Assembly: GCA_002436405.1 (NCBI GenBank)
Contig: DJLZ01000005.1
Location: forward strand, 635,463 to 667,462
Direction of reading: 5' to 3'
Source of the DNA: Proteobacteria bacterium UBA6503
GTDB taxonomy: Bacteria > Pseudomonadota > Alphaproteobacteria > UBA1280 > UBA6503
DNA: 32,000 bases
Of this stretch, positions 8,950-18,779 are shown in pieces. The notes under the pieces are model-generated. The model was not told the origin of the DNA. It did not search any database and was given only the letters and a program-made list of their open reading frames with translations. How positions within the stretch are numbered: position 1 is the stretch's first letter; each line of letters starts with the position of its first letter. The position numbers and the translations under genes are program-made.

Positions 8950-9699
8950 ATGAAAATCGCAACATGGAATCTGGATCGTCGTAACGATAACGCCCTAGAC
9001 GGCGTTAAGACGCTTATTGCCGAACATGAGGTTCTATGCCTTCAAGAAGTCCACGAAGACATCCTAAACGACGTTACAGCCCTCACCGAGCATCACTTTA
9101 TTGCTGATGAGTGCACATACCGTGGTGGGCAAACTTTTATTGTGATTTTATCAAAGCACCCCATTCATAATGCTGAGTGCATTGACCACAAGCACTGGCG
9201 TAGCCTGCGCAACTGGTGGCGTAACCAAAAAGAAGGTCGCTGCTTCCAACGTGTAGATATTGACCGTGATGGCCAGCAGTGGCGCGTGATTAATGCCCAC
9301 CTACCTCTTAACGTTTCACCGTTTTGCCGCATGTGCGAGTGGGCACGTATCTGGAACCAGATTGATGAAGACCATAACCGCAACGTTATCTGCGGTGACT
9401 TTAACACCTTTGCAGGCCCGATTTGGGCATTGTTCTTTGGGGTGTTTATGGGCTTTAGACTCAAAGACTTGTTCTTGAACGAGCGTAACTTGATGCAAAA
9501 ATACATTGAACGCTCAGACTTTACAAACCCCTTCCGTAAGAAGAAGTTCACCCACACGCGCACACACATGCATGTGCCCTACCAGCTAGACTTTTTGCTA
9601 CATCATGAAAAGCATCAAACAAAAGATGCGAAGCGCTGGCCAAAGCGCATGGGATCAGACCATTGGCCTTTATCAGCTCAGATTGAGCTTCAGGATTAA
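8950..9699 (+). CDS. Endonuclease/exonuclease/phosphatase family protein
   Basis: 249 aa. MKIATWNLDRR, EVLCLQEVHED, NVICGDFNTFAG, KRMGSDHWPLSAQ: EEP fold catalytic motifs. Confidence 0.85.
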   Translation: MKIATWNLDRRNDNALDGVKTLIAEHEVLCLQEVHEDILNDVTALTEHHFIADECTYRGGQTFIVILSKHPIHNAECIDHKHWRSLRNWWRNQKEGRCFQRVDIDRDGQQWRVINAHLPLNVSPFCRMCEWARIWNQIDEDHNRNVICGDFNTFAGPIWALFFGVFMGFRLKDLFLNERNLMQKYIERSDFTNPFRKKKFTHTRTHMHVPYQLDFLLHHEKHQTKDAKRWPKRMGSDHWPLSAQIELQD

Positions 9700-9709
9700 T
9701 CGTTAACGA

Positions 9710-10114
9710 TTAAAGCTTACCAACAAATTTAAGGAGTGGAATATTTGCGCCGGGCACTTTGTCGGCGTAGGTGTTGAGCTCGTCACGCTTTACCCATACA
9801 ACGTCTTGGTTTTCCTGTGGGTCAACCTTACCTTCCCACTTGGTCACGTGGTAAAGGGGCATAACCAAATGAAACTCAGGGTAAGTGAACGAAGCAAAGG
9901 TTAGTGGCTTCAGGCATGACTTATCAACCTTAATGGCAAGCTCTTCTTCAAGCTCACGTACTAGGGCGTCTTCAGGGGTTTCGTTAGGCTCAAGTTTGCC
10001 GCCAGGGAATTCAAACAAGCCAGGGTAAATTTTATCTGCGGGGCGCTGGCCTAGCAAAATGTTCCCCTCACCGTCATCAATCGCAGCGGCAACACAATGA
10101 AGAATCTTAGGCAT
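9710..10114 (-). CDS. mutT: Nudix hydrolase, MutT-like (8-oxo-dGTP diphosphatase candidate)
   Basis: Nudix box GLFEFPGGKLEPNETPEDALVRELEEEL. Start refined from the track (10177) to the internal Met at 10114, MPKILHCVAAAI, which lies just after the secA stop. Confidence 0.88.
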   Translation of the reverse strand: MPKILHCVAAAIDDGEGNILLGQRPADKIYPGLFEFPGGKLEPNETPEDALVRELEEELAIKVDKSCLKPLTFASFTYPEFHLVMPLYHVTKWEGKVDPQENQDVVWVKRDELNTYADKVPGANIPLLKFVGKL

Positions 10115-10128
10115 GGTCAATCTAACCC

Positions 10129-12792
10129 TTAAGCTTGTGCGGCCTGCGAGTCTTGCGACTGAAAGCGACCGTGGCAATGCTTGTACTTTTTACCGCTACC
10201 ACATGGGCACGCTTGGTTACGGCCAATGTTTTGGCCAGCGTATGGGTTAGTCTCTTCGCCAACGTACTCTGTACCTTCGGTGGTTTCACCTTCAGGGGTT
10301 TCAAAGCCGTCTTCGCCCGGTAGCGCTTGTGGCATGCTGTTTTCACGCACTTCAACAAGGCTTAGCAGCATGATTGTTTCTTCACGAATATGGTCAAGCA
10401 TCACTTCAAACATGCTGAATGATTCAGTCTTGTATTCGTTCAGAGGGTCTTTTTGTGCAAAACCACGAAGACCAATACCTTCACGCAAGAAGTCTAGGCG
10501 CTGTAGGTGGTCTTTCCACTGTTGGTCAATCACCTGTAGAAGAAGGCTCTTCTCTAGGCGGCGCAGAAGCTCTGAACCAAAGCGTTTTTCTTTTTCAGCG
10601 TAAGCGTCTGTTGTGTAGTCACGTAGCTTTTCAAAAATCTCAGCTTCGGTGATGTTATCTTCCTTTACCCAATCAGCAACTGGTGGGTTTACTTGGAAGA
10701 TACGCAGTAGCTCTTCTGATAGGCCTTTAATTTCCCACTGTTCAGCGTATGAGCCTGCAGGCATAAAGCGTGCAATCAGTGCATCAAGCACATCTTCACG
10801 GAAGTCAGAGATAATGTCTGATACTTCTTCTGAGCCCATCACTTCGCGGCGTTGGTCGTAAATTACTTTACGTTGCTCGTTGTGCACATCGTCAAACTTC
10901 AACAAGTTCTTACGAATGTCAAAGTTACGGGCTTCAATTTTACGTTGGGCACTTTCAAGAGCACGGCTTACCAAACGGTTTGAGATTGCCTCGCCTTCTG
11001 GCATGTTTAGGCGCTCCATGATGGTATCCATGTTCGATGAGAAAATGCGCATCAAATCGTCTTGTAGGCATAGGTAGAACTGGCTTGAGCCAGGGTCACC
11101 CTGACGGCCTGAACGACCACGCAGCTGGTTATCAATACGGCGTGACTCGTGACGCTCGGTACCAATCACACGTAGACCACCAGCTTTAAGCACAGCTTGT
11201 TTTTCAGCTTCGTGCTCTTTAGCTAGTTTGTCTTGTTCTTTTTTGTCTTCAACGCCTTCAAGCATCAACTCTAGGCTACCGCCTAGTTTAATGTCGGTAC
11301 CACGGCCAGCCATGTTAGTGGCAATGGTTACAGCACCTAGACGACCCGCTTGGGCTACAATTTCAGCCTCTTGCTCGTGGTAGCGGGCGTTTAGCACACT
11401 GTGCTTCACTTTACGCTTTTTAAGCTCGGCTGAAAGTTGCTCTGACTTTTCAATACTTGTTGTACCAACTAGTACAGGTTGCTGGCGTTCAGCACAGTCA
11501 GCAATATCGTCAATAATGGCGTTGGTTTTTTCAGGCAGTGTGCGGTAAATCAAATCAACGGCATCTTCACGGGCAATCGGAAGGTTCGTTGGGATAATCA
11601 CAACACTTAGGCCGTAAATTGATTCAAACTCTTCAGCTTCGGTATCAGCTGTACCAGTCATACCGGCTAGTTTGTCGTACATACGGAAGTAGTTCTGGAA
11701 GGTAATTGCCGCAAGGGTTTGGTTCTCGTTATGAACCTTCACGCCTTCTTTAGCTTCAAGGGCTTGGTGCAAGCCTTCTGAAAAACGACGACCCGCCATC
11801 ATACGGCCAGTAAATTCATCAATAATCACGACTTGGTCATCTTTGATGATGTAGTCTTTATCGCGTGTAAATAGGGTATGAGCCTTCAAGGCTTGGTTTA
11901 GGTGGTGAACAAGCGCAACGTTTGTTACGTCGTATAGGCTTTCACCTTCAAGGATGCCATTATCTTTAAGAAGTTTTTCAGCGTAGTCAGTCCCCTCTTC
12001 TGTCAGGGTTACGTTGCGGGCCTTCTCGTCCTTAATCCAGTGAAGTTCTTCCTTCAGGCTTGGGATAATCTTATCAACCGCCATGTAGGTTTCGGTACGG
12101 TCTTCCGTTGGGCCAGAGATAATAAGCGGCGTACGGGCTTCATCAATCAGGATAGAGTCAACCTCATCCACAATCGCAAATGATTTATCACGCTGCACCA
12201 TTTCCTTCAGCGAGAACTTCATGTTGTCGCGCAGGTAATCAAAGCCAAGCTCGTTGTTGGTGGCGTAGGTCACGTCTGAATGGTAAGCCGCACGGCGTTC
12301 TTCGTCTGATAGGCCTGGAATAACAAAACCACAGGTCATGTCCAAGGTTTCAAACATTGGGCGCATCCACTCAGCATCACGGCGAGCAAGGTAATCGTTC
12401 ACTGTTACAACGTGTACGCCTTTGCCATCAAGGGCGTTTAGGTAGGCTGCTAGTGGTGCAACAAGTGTTTTACCTTCACCTGTTTTCATTTCTGAGATCA
12501 TGCCTTTATGCATCACCATCGCACCAATCAACTGTACGTCGTATGGGCGTAGGCCCAGGGCACGGCGGGCCGCTTCACGGGCAACAGCAAAAGCCTCGAC
12601 CAGCATATCGTCAAGGGTTTCGCCTTTTTCTAGGCGTGATTTAAATTCTGAAGTCTTTTGACGAAGCTCATCTTTGGTAAGCTTTTCGATGGTAGGCTCA
12701 AGGGCGTTAATCTGGTCTACAAGTGGTTGGAGAGAGCGTAGCATGCGTTCGTTGCGGCTACCGAAGATTTTCTTGAGTGGGTTCATTACCAT
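10129..12792 (-). CDS. secA: Preprotein translocase subunit SecA
   Basis: 887 aa. [69 protein letters not shown]-terminal zinc motif [17 protein letters not shown]. Confidence 0.98.
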   Translation of the reverse strand: MVMNPLKKIFGSRNERMLRSLQPLVDQINALEPTIEKLTKDELRQKTSEFKSRLEKGETLDDMLVEAFAVAREAARRALGLRPYDVQLIGAMVMHKGMISEMKTGEGKTLVAPLAAYLNALDGKGVHVVTVNDYLARRDAEWMRPMFETLDMTCGFVIPGLSDEERRAAYHSDVTYATNNELGFDYLRDNMKFSLKEMVQRDKSFAIVDEVDSILIDEARTPLIISGPTEDRTETYMAVDKIIPSLKEELHWIKDEKARNVTLTEEGTDYAEKLLKDNGILEGESLYDVTNVALVHHLNQALKAHTLFTRDKDYIIKDDQVVIIDEFTGRMMAGRRFSEGLHQALEAKEGVKVHNENQTLAAITFQNYFRMYDKLAGMTGTADTEAEEFESIYGLSVVIIPTNLPIAREDAVDLIYRTLPEKTNAIIDDIADCAERQQPVLVGTTSIEKSEQLSAELKKRKVKHSVLNARYHEQEAEIVAQAGRLGAVTIATNMAGRGTDIKLGGSLELMLEGVEDKKEQDKLAKEHEAEKQAVLKAGGLRVIGTERHESRRIDNQLRGRSGRQGDPGSSQFYLCLQDDLMRIFSSNMDTIMERLNMPEGEAISNRLVSRALESAQRKIEARNFDIRKNLLKFDDVHNEQRKVIYDQRREVMGSEEVSDIISDFREDVLDALIARFMPAGSYAEQWEIKGLSEELLRIFQVNPPVADWVKEDNITEAEIFEKLRDYTTDAYAEKEKRFGSELLRRLEKSLLLQVIDQQWKDHLQRLDFLREGIGLRGFAQKDPLNEYKTESFSMFEVMLDHIREETIMLLSLVEVRENSMPQALPGEDGFETPEGETTEGTEYVGEETNPYAGQNIGRNQACPCGSGKKYKHCHGRFQSQDSQAAQA

Positions 12793-12880
12793 AACACTAT
12801 TCCTATACGGATTCTTATCGTCATCTAAAATTATCTACGGGGCGTTTTGCCCGCAAATTTGGGGCTAGAAGTGCAATGCA

Positions 12881-13936
12881 CTAGAAGCGGTTGGTATCGT
12901 ACGCCTGAATATTGCTAAGTGCAAGCATCTTAGCGTTTTCACGCCCATCTTTAATGAACGGGTACGGGTTTACCTTGTGCTCACCAAGAAGCACTTCAAA
13001 ATGCAAGTGTGGGCCTGTTGAACGGCCGCTGCTGCCCATAAGGCCAACAACTTCACCTGCTTTAACGCTTTGGCCGTTGCGCACAAGCGCTTGGTTCATG
13101 TGGCCATAACGTGTACGGATACCGTTACCATGGGTTACTTCAACCATAATGCCGTAACCAAAACGGTAACCAGAAAATGTAATCACACCGTCAGCAGAAG
13201 CTACGATTGGGGCGTTGTAACCGCCCGCAATATCAACACCTGAGTGCCAACGTTGTTTCTTTGAAAATGGGTCAGTACGCATACCGTAGTTTGATGAAAG
13301 GTACGTACGCTTGTTCACAACAGGCCAGTGGTGTGGCTGAACGTTGCGGTTAATCTGTGTTTTTGAAAGTAGATCAAGGCTTGTTTCCATCACACGCTCA
13401 ACATCATCCGTACGGCGGCGTGTTGAAGCAAGTTGCGTTGCAATGGCAAATACTGAAGTTGCTGGTGTGCGGACGCTAATTTCACCGTCGCCTACTGGCT
13501 CAATGTTGTCTAGTTCGGCTAGGTAGTCACCAAAGTATTTATCTTCAAACAAGCGCTCACCGATGCTGTCAAAGCGATCAAGACGGGCCTGAATGTTGCC
13601 TAGCTCGTGGGCAAAGAATTTCATTTTATTATCGCGGAAGGCAAGTTCTTCAGTTTTTTCTGAAAGCTCCGACTCTAGCGCAACGATTTGCAGGTTTTTA
13701 GCTGCAAGCTGGCTTTTAAGGTAAGGGTCAATTGATTGCTGAGAAACAGCGTAGCTGAAGTAGTAAAGGCTCCAACCCAATAGGCCCAAAATAAGGCCCG
13801 CCATAGCTACAAGGTGCCAAAGACGTGGTGTCAGCATGCGCTGATGGCCTGTATCACCAAACGAAACAGACAAGTGCATCGTCTGACGTAGTGTCAGAAG
13901 CAAGCGCTTGAAAACTGAAAGTTCGTTTGTTGGCAT
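12881..13936 (-). CDS. Membrane-anchored M23 (LytM/DipM-like) peptidase family protein
   Basis: 351 aa. N-terminal TM (LVAMAGLILGLLGWSLYYFSYAV), coiled-coil-like region, then QRWHSGVDIAGGYNAPIVASADG, YGNGIRTRYGHM, GSSGRSTGPHLHFEVL (HxxxD and HxH zinc ligands of M23). Confidence 0.9.
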   Translation of the reverse strand: MPTNELSVFKRLLLTLRQTMHLSVSFGDTGHQRMLTPRLWHLVAMAGLILGLLGWSLYYFSYAVSQQSIDPYLKSQLAAKNLQIVALESELSEKTEELAFRDNKMKFFAHELGNIQARLDRFDSIGERLFEDKYFGDYLAELDNIEPVGDGEISVRTPATSVFAIATQLASTRRRTDDVERVMETSLDLLSKTQINRNVQPHHWPVVNKRTYLSSNYGMRTDPFSKKQRWHSGVDIAGGYNAPIVASADGVITFSGYRFGYGIMVEVTHGNGIRTRYGHMNQALVRNGQSVKAGEVVGLMGSSGRSTGPHLHFEVLLGEHKVNPYPFIKDGRENAKMLALSNIQAYDTNRF

Positions 13937-14181
13937 GGGTTTTACCGCTTATATCTATTAATAGTTTTGCATGTTTATCACATAATTCGGCGCAGGGTCA
14001 ACCGCCCAAATCGCTGTAAATCAGGTCGTTTACGTCAACCGAGGCTTAACTATAGCATTTATCTCATTTTTTATTTTACGGTTTTTATTCAACCTTGGGT
14101 TTTTGCTATACAGGGTGCGTCCTGAGTGCCATACTTAACCTCTATTAAAGCTAATAAAAAACAACAAGTAGGTATCTCGTC

Positions 14182-15048
14182 ATGGCGAACCGTCTCAAAC
14201 TCACTTCAACAATTTTTGGCCTAAGCCTTTTCTTAGCGAGCCCAGTATTCATAAGCCACGCACAAGACCATGGCCACAGCCACAGCATGGACGCCCATGA
14301 CCATGGACTAACAAGCTCTGATAAGCCTATCGTTTATGTAAACGATACCCCTATCACAGAAGCTGACGTTGTGATGCAAATTGAAACGTTGCCTCACATG
14401 TTCACCTCAGGCCGCGATGATGAAATTCGCCAAGCCGTGCTTGAGCGCTTGATTCAGCAACGTCTTGTTGTTGATGCCGCAAAGAAGATGGGAATTGAGA
14501 ATGATCCAGAATACCTATCACAGCTTAAAACACTTAAAGATAACCTTATCTTTAACTTTGTGATTTCAGATAAGCTAGATGAAGAAATTACCCCTGCCCG
14601 ACTTAAGCAGTATTATAAGGACTATGCAGAAGACTATGCCTACCCTTCTGTTCGTGCTGCACACATCTTGGTACAGGACGAAGACACCGCAAAAAGTATT
14701 ATTAAACGCCTAGATAAAGGCGAAAAATTTGCTGATGTTGCCATTGAAACCTCAACTGGTCCTGCAGCTGCTAAGGGCGGCATGCTAGGTTGGCTGGCTC
14801 GCAATACAATGGTCGAACCATTTGAAGAAGCTGTATTCTCGCTTAAAGCTGGCGAATACACAAAAGAGCCTGTTAAAACCCAATTTGGCTATCATGTGAT
14901 TAAGGTTTACGAAGTTGACGATAAGCATGTACCTCTTCTTGAAGAGCTTGAGCCTGAATTTCAACAAAAGCTAAGTGAGCAAATTGTTGAAAAATACATC
15001 AAGACTTTAGAAAAAGAAGCGACCATTCGATATGAAGAAGCCAAGTAA
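14182..15048 (+). CDS. Secreted parvulin-type peptidyl-prolyl cis-trans isomerase with His-rich N-terminus
   Basis: 288 aa. Signal peptide, then HAQDHGHSHSMDAHDHG, and PpiC domain VRAAHILVQDEDTAKSIIKRLDKGEKFADVAIETSTGPAAAKGGMLGWLARNTMVEPFEEAVFSLKAGEYTKEPVKTQFGYHVIKV. Confidence 0.92.
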   Translation: MANRLKLTSTIFGLSLFLASPVFISHAQDHGHSHSMDAHDHGLTSSDKPIVYVNDTPITEADVVMQIETLPHMFTSGRDDEIRQAVLERLIQQRLVVDAAKKMGIENDPEYLSQLKTLKDNLIFNFVISDKLDEEITPARLKQYYKDYAEDYAYPSVRAAHILVQDEDTAKSIIKRLDKGEKFADVAIETSTGPAAAKGGMLGWLARNTMVEPFEEAVFSLKAGEYTKEPVKTQFGYHVIKVYEVDDKHVPLLEELEPEFQQKLSEQIVEKYIKTLEKEATIRYEEAK

Positions 15049-15802
15049 ACGTTACGGGAACCTAAGCTTTTTAAACACCATCATTGTAGCCTGTGTTGCT
15101 GTTGCAGCGGCAGGCTGCGTTTCTACTGGGGGCACCACCTCAAGTGATCTTCAGCGTGTGATGAAAATTAGCGCCGTTGATAGCGCTTTTGCTTCTAAAG
15201 CAAGTGAAAACATTCAGCGCCTAGGGAATGTAAGCGTCGTTACAGAAGATGACTTTTCTGAGCTTACCCTTATCCTTGATGGCCTCAGTGGTGTTGCCTC
15301 ATCGCAAGTTCTCTCAAAGCCGAAGATTGTGGGTATCCTGCGTAAAGAGACTAAGCCGGGCACCTACCAAATCAGCTATACCCTTATCGATAACCTAGGC
15401 AAAACCCTTGCTAAAGGTGACGTGTATGGCGTGGGGCACGAGCAAGAAGGCTTTTACCCTGCCCTAAATGATGAGAATACAGCTGCTCAAACAGCCGCAA
15501 TGGAAGATGCCCTGAAGCAGCTGAATGGTCAAATTGCTAAAGATCTTGCCCTCAACGGGTTCCGTAGTGTGGTTTCAAGCCAGTTGGTGGCCGTAGCCCA
15601 AGTGGCTGTGCCGGTAGCAGATGAAGTTAACTTCAGCACACGTCAAACGTTCTATGCTGAAGGTATGCCCTCTACCCGCTTAAAGTTCTTAGGCTTTAGC
15701 CAAGACCCTCAAGGTCAAAAGCAAGCCCTGCTGGATGTTGTTGAAGGCAGCATCCCTGATCTTGGCACTGTGATTTACCTACGGGGTCAAAATCAAAGTT
15801 AA
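15032..15802 (+). CDS. Predicted lipoprotein of unknown function
   Basis: 256-aa ORF. Hydrophobic N-terminus with lipobox-like VAAAGC|VSTGG. Its start overlaps the end of the PPIase gene by 17 nt. No domain recognised with certainty. Confidence 0.75.
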   Translation: MKKPSKRYGNLSFLNTIIVACVAVAAAGCVSTGGTTSSDLQRVMKISAVDSAFASKASENIQRLGNVSVVTEDDFSELTLILDGLSGVASSQVLSKPKIVGILRKETKPGTYQISYTLIDNLGKTLAKGDVYGVGHEQEGFYPALNDENTAAQTAAMEDALKQLNGQIAKDLALNGFRSVVSSQLVAVAQVAVPVADEVNFSTRQTFYAEGMPSTRLKFLGFSQDPQGQKQALLDVVEGSIPDLGTVIYLRGQNQS

Positions 15803-15836
15803 GCTGCCTTTAAAATCGCTTTAAGCTTTGCACAAT

Positions 15837-15871
15837 AAAAAGAGCCCCACCGATTAAGGTGGGGCTCTTCG
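15837..15871. terminator. Bidirectional hairpin terminator between lipoprotein gene and orphan minus-strand ORF
   Basis: AAAAAGAGCCCCACCGATTAAGGTGGGGCTCTT, perfect GC-rich stem. Confidence 0.8.
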
Positions 15872-15877
15872 TTACGT

Positions 15878-16870
15878 TTAGGCAGCGTCCTTGGTCGCGG
15901 CATCCGAAGTTTCCTTCGGAGCCTTTTCCTTGGTCTGTGCCTTGGACTGGGCCTTCTTCTGGCTGGTGTTGCGCCCCTTGCCACCCTTGCGGGGCTTCTG
16001 GGTACGCTTGCCAGCCTTTTCGGCTTCCTGGCGCTGACGCGTCTTCACGCCACCACGGCTGCCACGGGTGGGCAGACCGAAGTAGAACGGGAATTTCGCA
16101 CGCAGGATGTACAGCTCCTTCATGGCAGCACCAACAGCGCTGACATCGGTAGCTTCGGCCGACTTGGTCGCACTGACAACAGCCCGCAGGCCATCGGCAG
16201 TCAACTTCGACGACTTCAGCACCTTGGCTGCATAGTCCTTGGGCTGCGTTTCCGACTTCTCTCGAGCTTTCTTGATCGAAGTGTAGATACGCTGGACATT
16301 GCCGGTGATGCGCTGCTGGATGAGCGGGGTCATCGCAGTGACGACCTCTTCACCCGTGGTCGCATTCTCGATCCGCTCATAGAGCGTCACGAGGCTCGAC
16401 GTGGCCTTGTCCGCCAGACGATCGAAATGATCGAAGTCGGCAGCACCCGAAGCAAACGGGCCAGTGTTGGCCGCCGCTTCCATACGCGCAACCGCAGCCG
16501 TGGCACGAACCGCCGAACGCAGCAGCTCTTCGACCACGTACAACGCCAGATAGCTGGTGTCGGTCGTGGTGTCCTTGCGCTGCACATGGCGGAATGCACC
16601 CTGCGTCAAGGTGGTAATCACCTTGCTGGCATGGCTCATGTAGACCGTCACACCCTGTACGGGCTTCTGGTCGGGTTTGACAGCACGCAGCGATGCTTGC
16701 ACATCGATGCCGGGCGGGTTGAAGGTACCGATGCCGTAGGCATCGCCCACAAGCACAGCAGCCTTGCTCACACGGTCGATCATGTGTTCCATGATGGGCT
16801 TGGCCGTGTTGATGCGGGACTGGAGCTTCGACTCGAGCAGGTTGCCGAGGGTATCGAGGGAATTGGTCAT
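15878..16870 (-). CDS. Hypothetical protein (orphan), helical-looking with Lys/Arg-rich C-terminal tail
   Basis: 330 aa from the Met at 16870 (MTNSLDTLGNLLESKLQSRINTAKPIMEHMIDRVSKAAVLVGDAYG). A good SD lies upstream (ACAGGAGAAAATCTA-ATG). Track start at 16936 is less plausible. No family recognised. The C-terminus KTRQRQEAEKAGKRTQKPRKGGKGRNTSQKKAQSKAQTKEKAPKE is low complexity and basic. Confidence 0.8.
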   Translation of the reverse strand: MTNSLDTLGNLLESKLQSRINTAKPIMEHMIDRVSKAAVLVGDAYGIGTFNPPGIDVQASLRAVKPDQKPVQGVTVYMSHASKVITTLTQGAFRHVQRKDTTTDTSYLALYVVEELLRSAVRATAAVARMEAAANTGPFASGAADFDHFDRLADKATSSLVTLYERIENATTGEEVVTAMTPLIQQRITGNVQRIYTSIKKAREKSETQPKDYAAKVLKSSKLTADGLRAVVSATKSAEATDVSAVGAAMKELYILRAKFPFYFGLPTRGSRGGVKTRQRQEAEKAGKRTQKPRKGGKGRNTSQKKAQSKAQTKEKAPKETSDAATKDAA

Positions 16871-17012
16871 TAGATTTTCTCCTGTAACAGGCAGAATAGA
16901 AAAGGAAAAGAAGAGTCTAGGGTAGACCGACTTCAAGTAATGGCTCCCTTCGCCTTTTACAAGGGGTAAGGTGTTAATTTTATTGTTAAATCACATCTAA
17001 GCTTCCAAACAC

Positions 17013-17039
17013 AAAAAAGCCTCCTTGCGGAGGCTTTTT
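17013..17039 (-). terminator. Rho-independent terminator of the rplQ-distal end of the ribosomal superoperon
   Basis: AAAAAAGCCTCCTTGCGGAGGCTTTTT, 31 nt downstream of the rplQ stop. Confidence 0.85.
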
Positions 17040-17070
17040 CAAAAGTGGCTTACTACCGACTTCTGTAAGA

Positions 17071-17643
17071 TTACTTAGCGTCTTTTTTCGCTGTTGTTTT
17101 CTTAGCAGCTGGCTTCTTTTCAGAAGTAGACTTAGCAGAAGCTTCTTTCTTAGGAGCAGCCTTTTTAGGGGCAGCTTTCTTAGTTTCAGTCTTCTTCTCT
17201 TCAGTCTTCTTAGCAGCTTCTTTCTTTGGAGCAGCTTTCTTAGCTGATTTCTTCTCAGCTTTTTCTTCTGAACCAAAAGCAGTTGCTGGCTTGTCTGTTA
17301 GCTCAATGATAGCCATTGGAGCTGCATCGCCTAGGCGGAAGCCTGCTTTAATAATACGTGTGTAACCACCAGCGCGGTCTTTGTTAGCTGGGCCAATGTT
17401 GTCGAACAAGTGTTTTAGTACTTCTTGCTCTTTAACTTTAGCACCCGCTAGACGACGTGAGTGAAGGTCACCCTTCTTCGCTAGGGTAATTAGTGGCTCA
17501 ACAACCTTACGTAGGTCCTTTGCTTTAGGCAAAGTAGTACGGATTTGGCCGTGCTTCAGTAGTGAAGTTGCCATGTTTTCAAACAAAGCTTTGCGGTGCT
17601 CTTTAGTGCGACCTAGCTTACGACCTGACATACCGTGACGCAT
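17071..17643 (-). CDS. rplQ: 50S ribosomal protein L17 with long Lys/Ala-rich C-terminal extension
   Basis: [58 protein letters not shown]; tail from about residue 125. Confidence 0.97.
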   Translation of the reverse strand: MRHGMSGRKLGRTKEHRKALFENMATSLLKHGQIRTTLPKAKDLRKVVEPLITLAKKGDLHSRRLAGAKVKEQEVLKHLFDNIGPANKDRAGGYTRIIKAGFRLGDAAPMAIIELTDKPATAFGSEEKAEKKSAKKAAPKKEAAKKTEEKKTETKKAAPKKAAPKKEASAKSTSEKKPAAKKTTAKKDAK

Positions 17644-17674
17644 GTTCGTATCCTCTCAGTTTCTTTAGTTCTGT

Positions 17675-18691
17675 TTAGAACTGACGCTCGTGTTTACGAG
17701 CTAGTTCTTCAATGTTTTCAGGCGGCCAGTTGTCTAGCTCCATGCCCAGTTTAAGTTCCATGTGTGACAGAACTTCTTTAATTTCGTTCAGTGACTTACG
17801 ACCGAAGTTAGGAGTCTTAAGCATTTCTGACTCTGTCTTCTGTACTAGGTCACCAATGTAAACGATGTTGTCGTTCTTCAAGCAGTTTGCACTACGTACT
17901 GACAACTCAAGCTCTTCAACCTTCATCAATAGGTTCGGGTTAAAGCTTAGCTCGTCTTCTTTACGGTTGTCTTCTTCTTCAACTTCTTCGAAGTTAATGA
18001 ATGTCGCCAACTGGTCTTGCAGAATACGTGCAGCAAAAGCAACAGCGTCTTCAGGTGTTACAACACCGTTGGTTTCGATTTCCATAGTAAGCTTGTCGTA
18101 GTCAGTAATCTGACCAACACGAGCATCGTCAACCTTGTATGCTACACGACGTACTGGCGAGAAGATTGAGTCGATAGATACCAAACCAATCATCGCGTTT
18201 TCTGGGGCGTGTGCTGAAGCTGGCTCGTAACCTTTACCTGTAGCAATGGTTAGTTCCATTTCAAGCGTGCCTTCATCTGACAAAGTCGCAATGTGGTGAT
18301 CTTTGTCGATGATCTCAACGTCGTGAGTTGTTTCAATGTCGCCTGCAGTTACAACGCCAGCACCCTTAGCTTTAAGAGTAACTGTCTTTGTACCTTCTGA
18401 GTGAAGGCGAACAGCCATAGTTTTAAGGTTCAAGATGATGTCAGTTACATCTTCTTGTACACCAGGGATAGATGAAAACTCATGCAGAACGTTTTCAATC
18501 TTTACCATGGTTACTGCTGAACCTTGTAGGCTTGAAAGCAGTGTGCGGCGCAAAGCGTTACCAAGTGTGTAACCAAAGCCGCGCTCTAGTGGTTCTAGAA
18601 CGATCTTAGCAAATTTGCGTTCGTCCTTACCTGCAACGATATCAATCTTGCTAGGTTTAATAAGTTCTTTCCAATTAGCCTGAATCTGCAT
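17675..18691 (-). CDS. rpoA: DNA-directed RNA polymerase subunit alpha
   Basis: 338 aa. [28 protein letters not shown] and C-terminal domain [47 protein letters not shown]. Confidence 0.98.
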   Translation of the reverse strand: MQIQANWKELIKPSKIDIVAGKDERKFAKIVLEPLERGFGYTLGNALRRTLLSSLQGSAVTMVKIENVLHEFSSIPGVQEDVTDIILNLKTMAVRLHSEGTKTVTLKAKGAGVVTAGDIETTHDVEIIDKDHHIATLSDEGTLEMELTIATGKGYEPASAHAPENAMIGLVSIDSIFSPVRRVAYKVDDARVGQITDYDKLTMEIETNGVVTPEDAVAFAARILQDQLATFINFEEVEEEDNRKEDELSFNPNLLMKVEELELSVRSANCLKNDNIVYIGDLVQKTESEMLKTPNFGRKSLNEIKEVLSHMELKLGMELDNWPPENIEELARKHERQF

Positions 18692-18779
18692 GTCTGATCC
18701 CCGTTTTTATGGGTTGAATTAAAGTGTGTACACAGAAAACTGTGCCGCCAACCAACGGCACAGTTTCTACAAAAGTCAA

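Noticed and set aside
9165-9569. 134-aa minus-strand ORF inside the endonuclease/exonuclease/phosphatase gene
   Set aside because: The plus-strand gene has clear EEP catalytic motifs; the antisense frame encodes no recognisable protein.
13937-14181. Possible sigma70-type promoter (TATACA near 14118) upstream of the PPIase gene
   Set aside because: The -35 element is weak and the match is not distinctive enough to list as a feature.
16427-16873. 148-aa plus-strand ORF opposite the orphan gene as an independent gene
   Set aside because: Shadow frame expected in GC-richer coding sequence. The minus frame spans the whole region, has a good SD and sits between terminators.
16986-17276. 96-aa [27 protein letters not shown]... 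in the rplQ region
   Set aside because: It is the alternative frame of the low-complexity Lys/Ala codons in the L17 tail and runs through the terminator; no SD and no independent signal.
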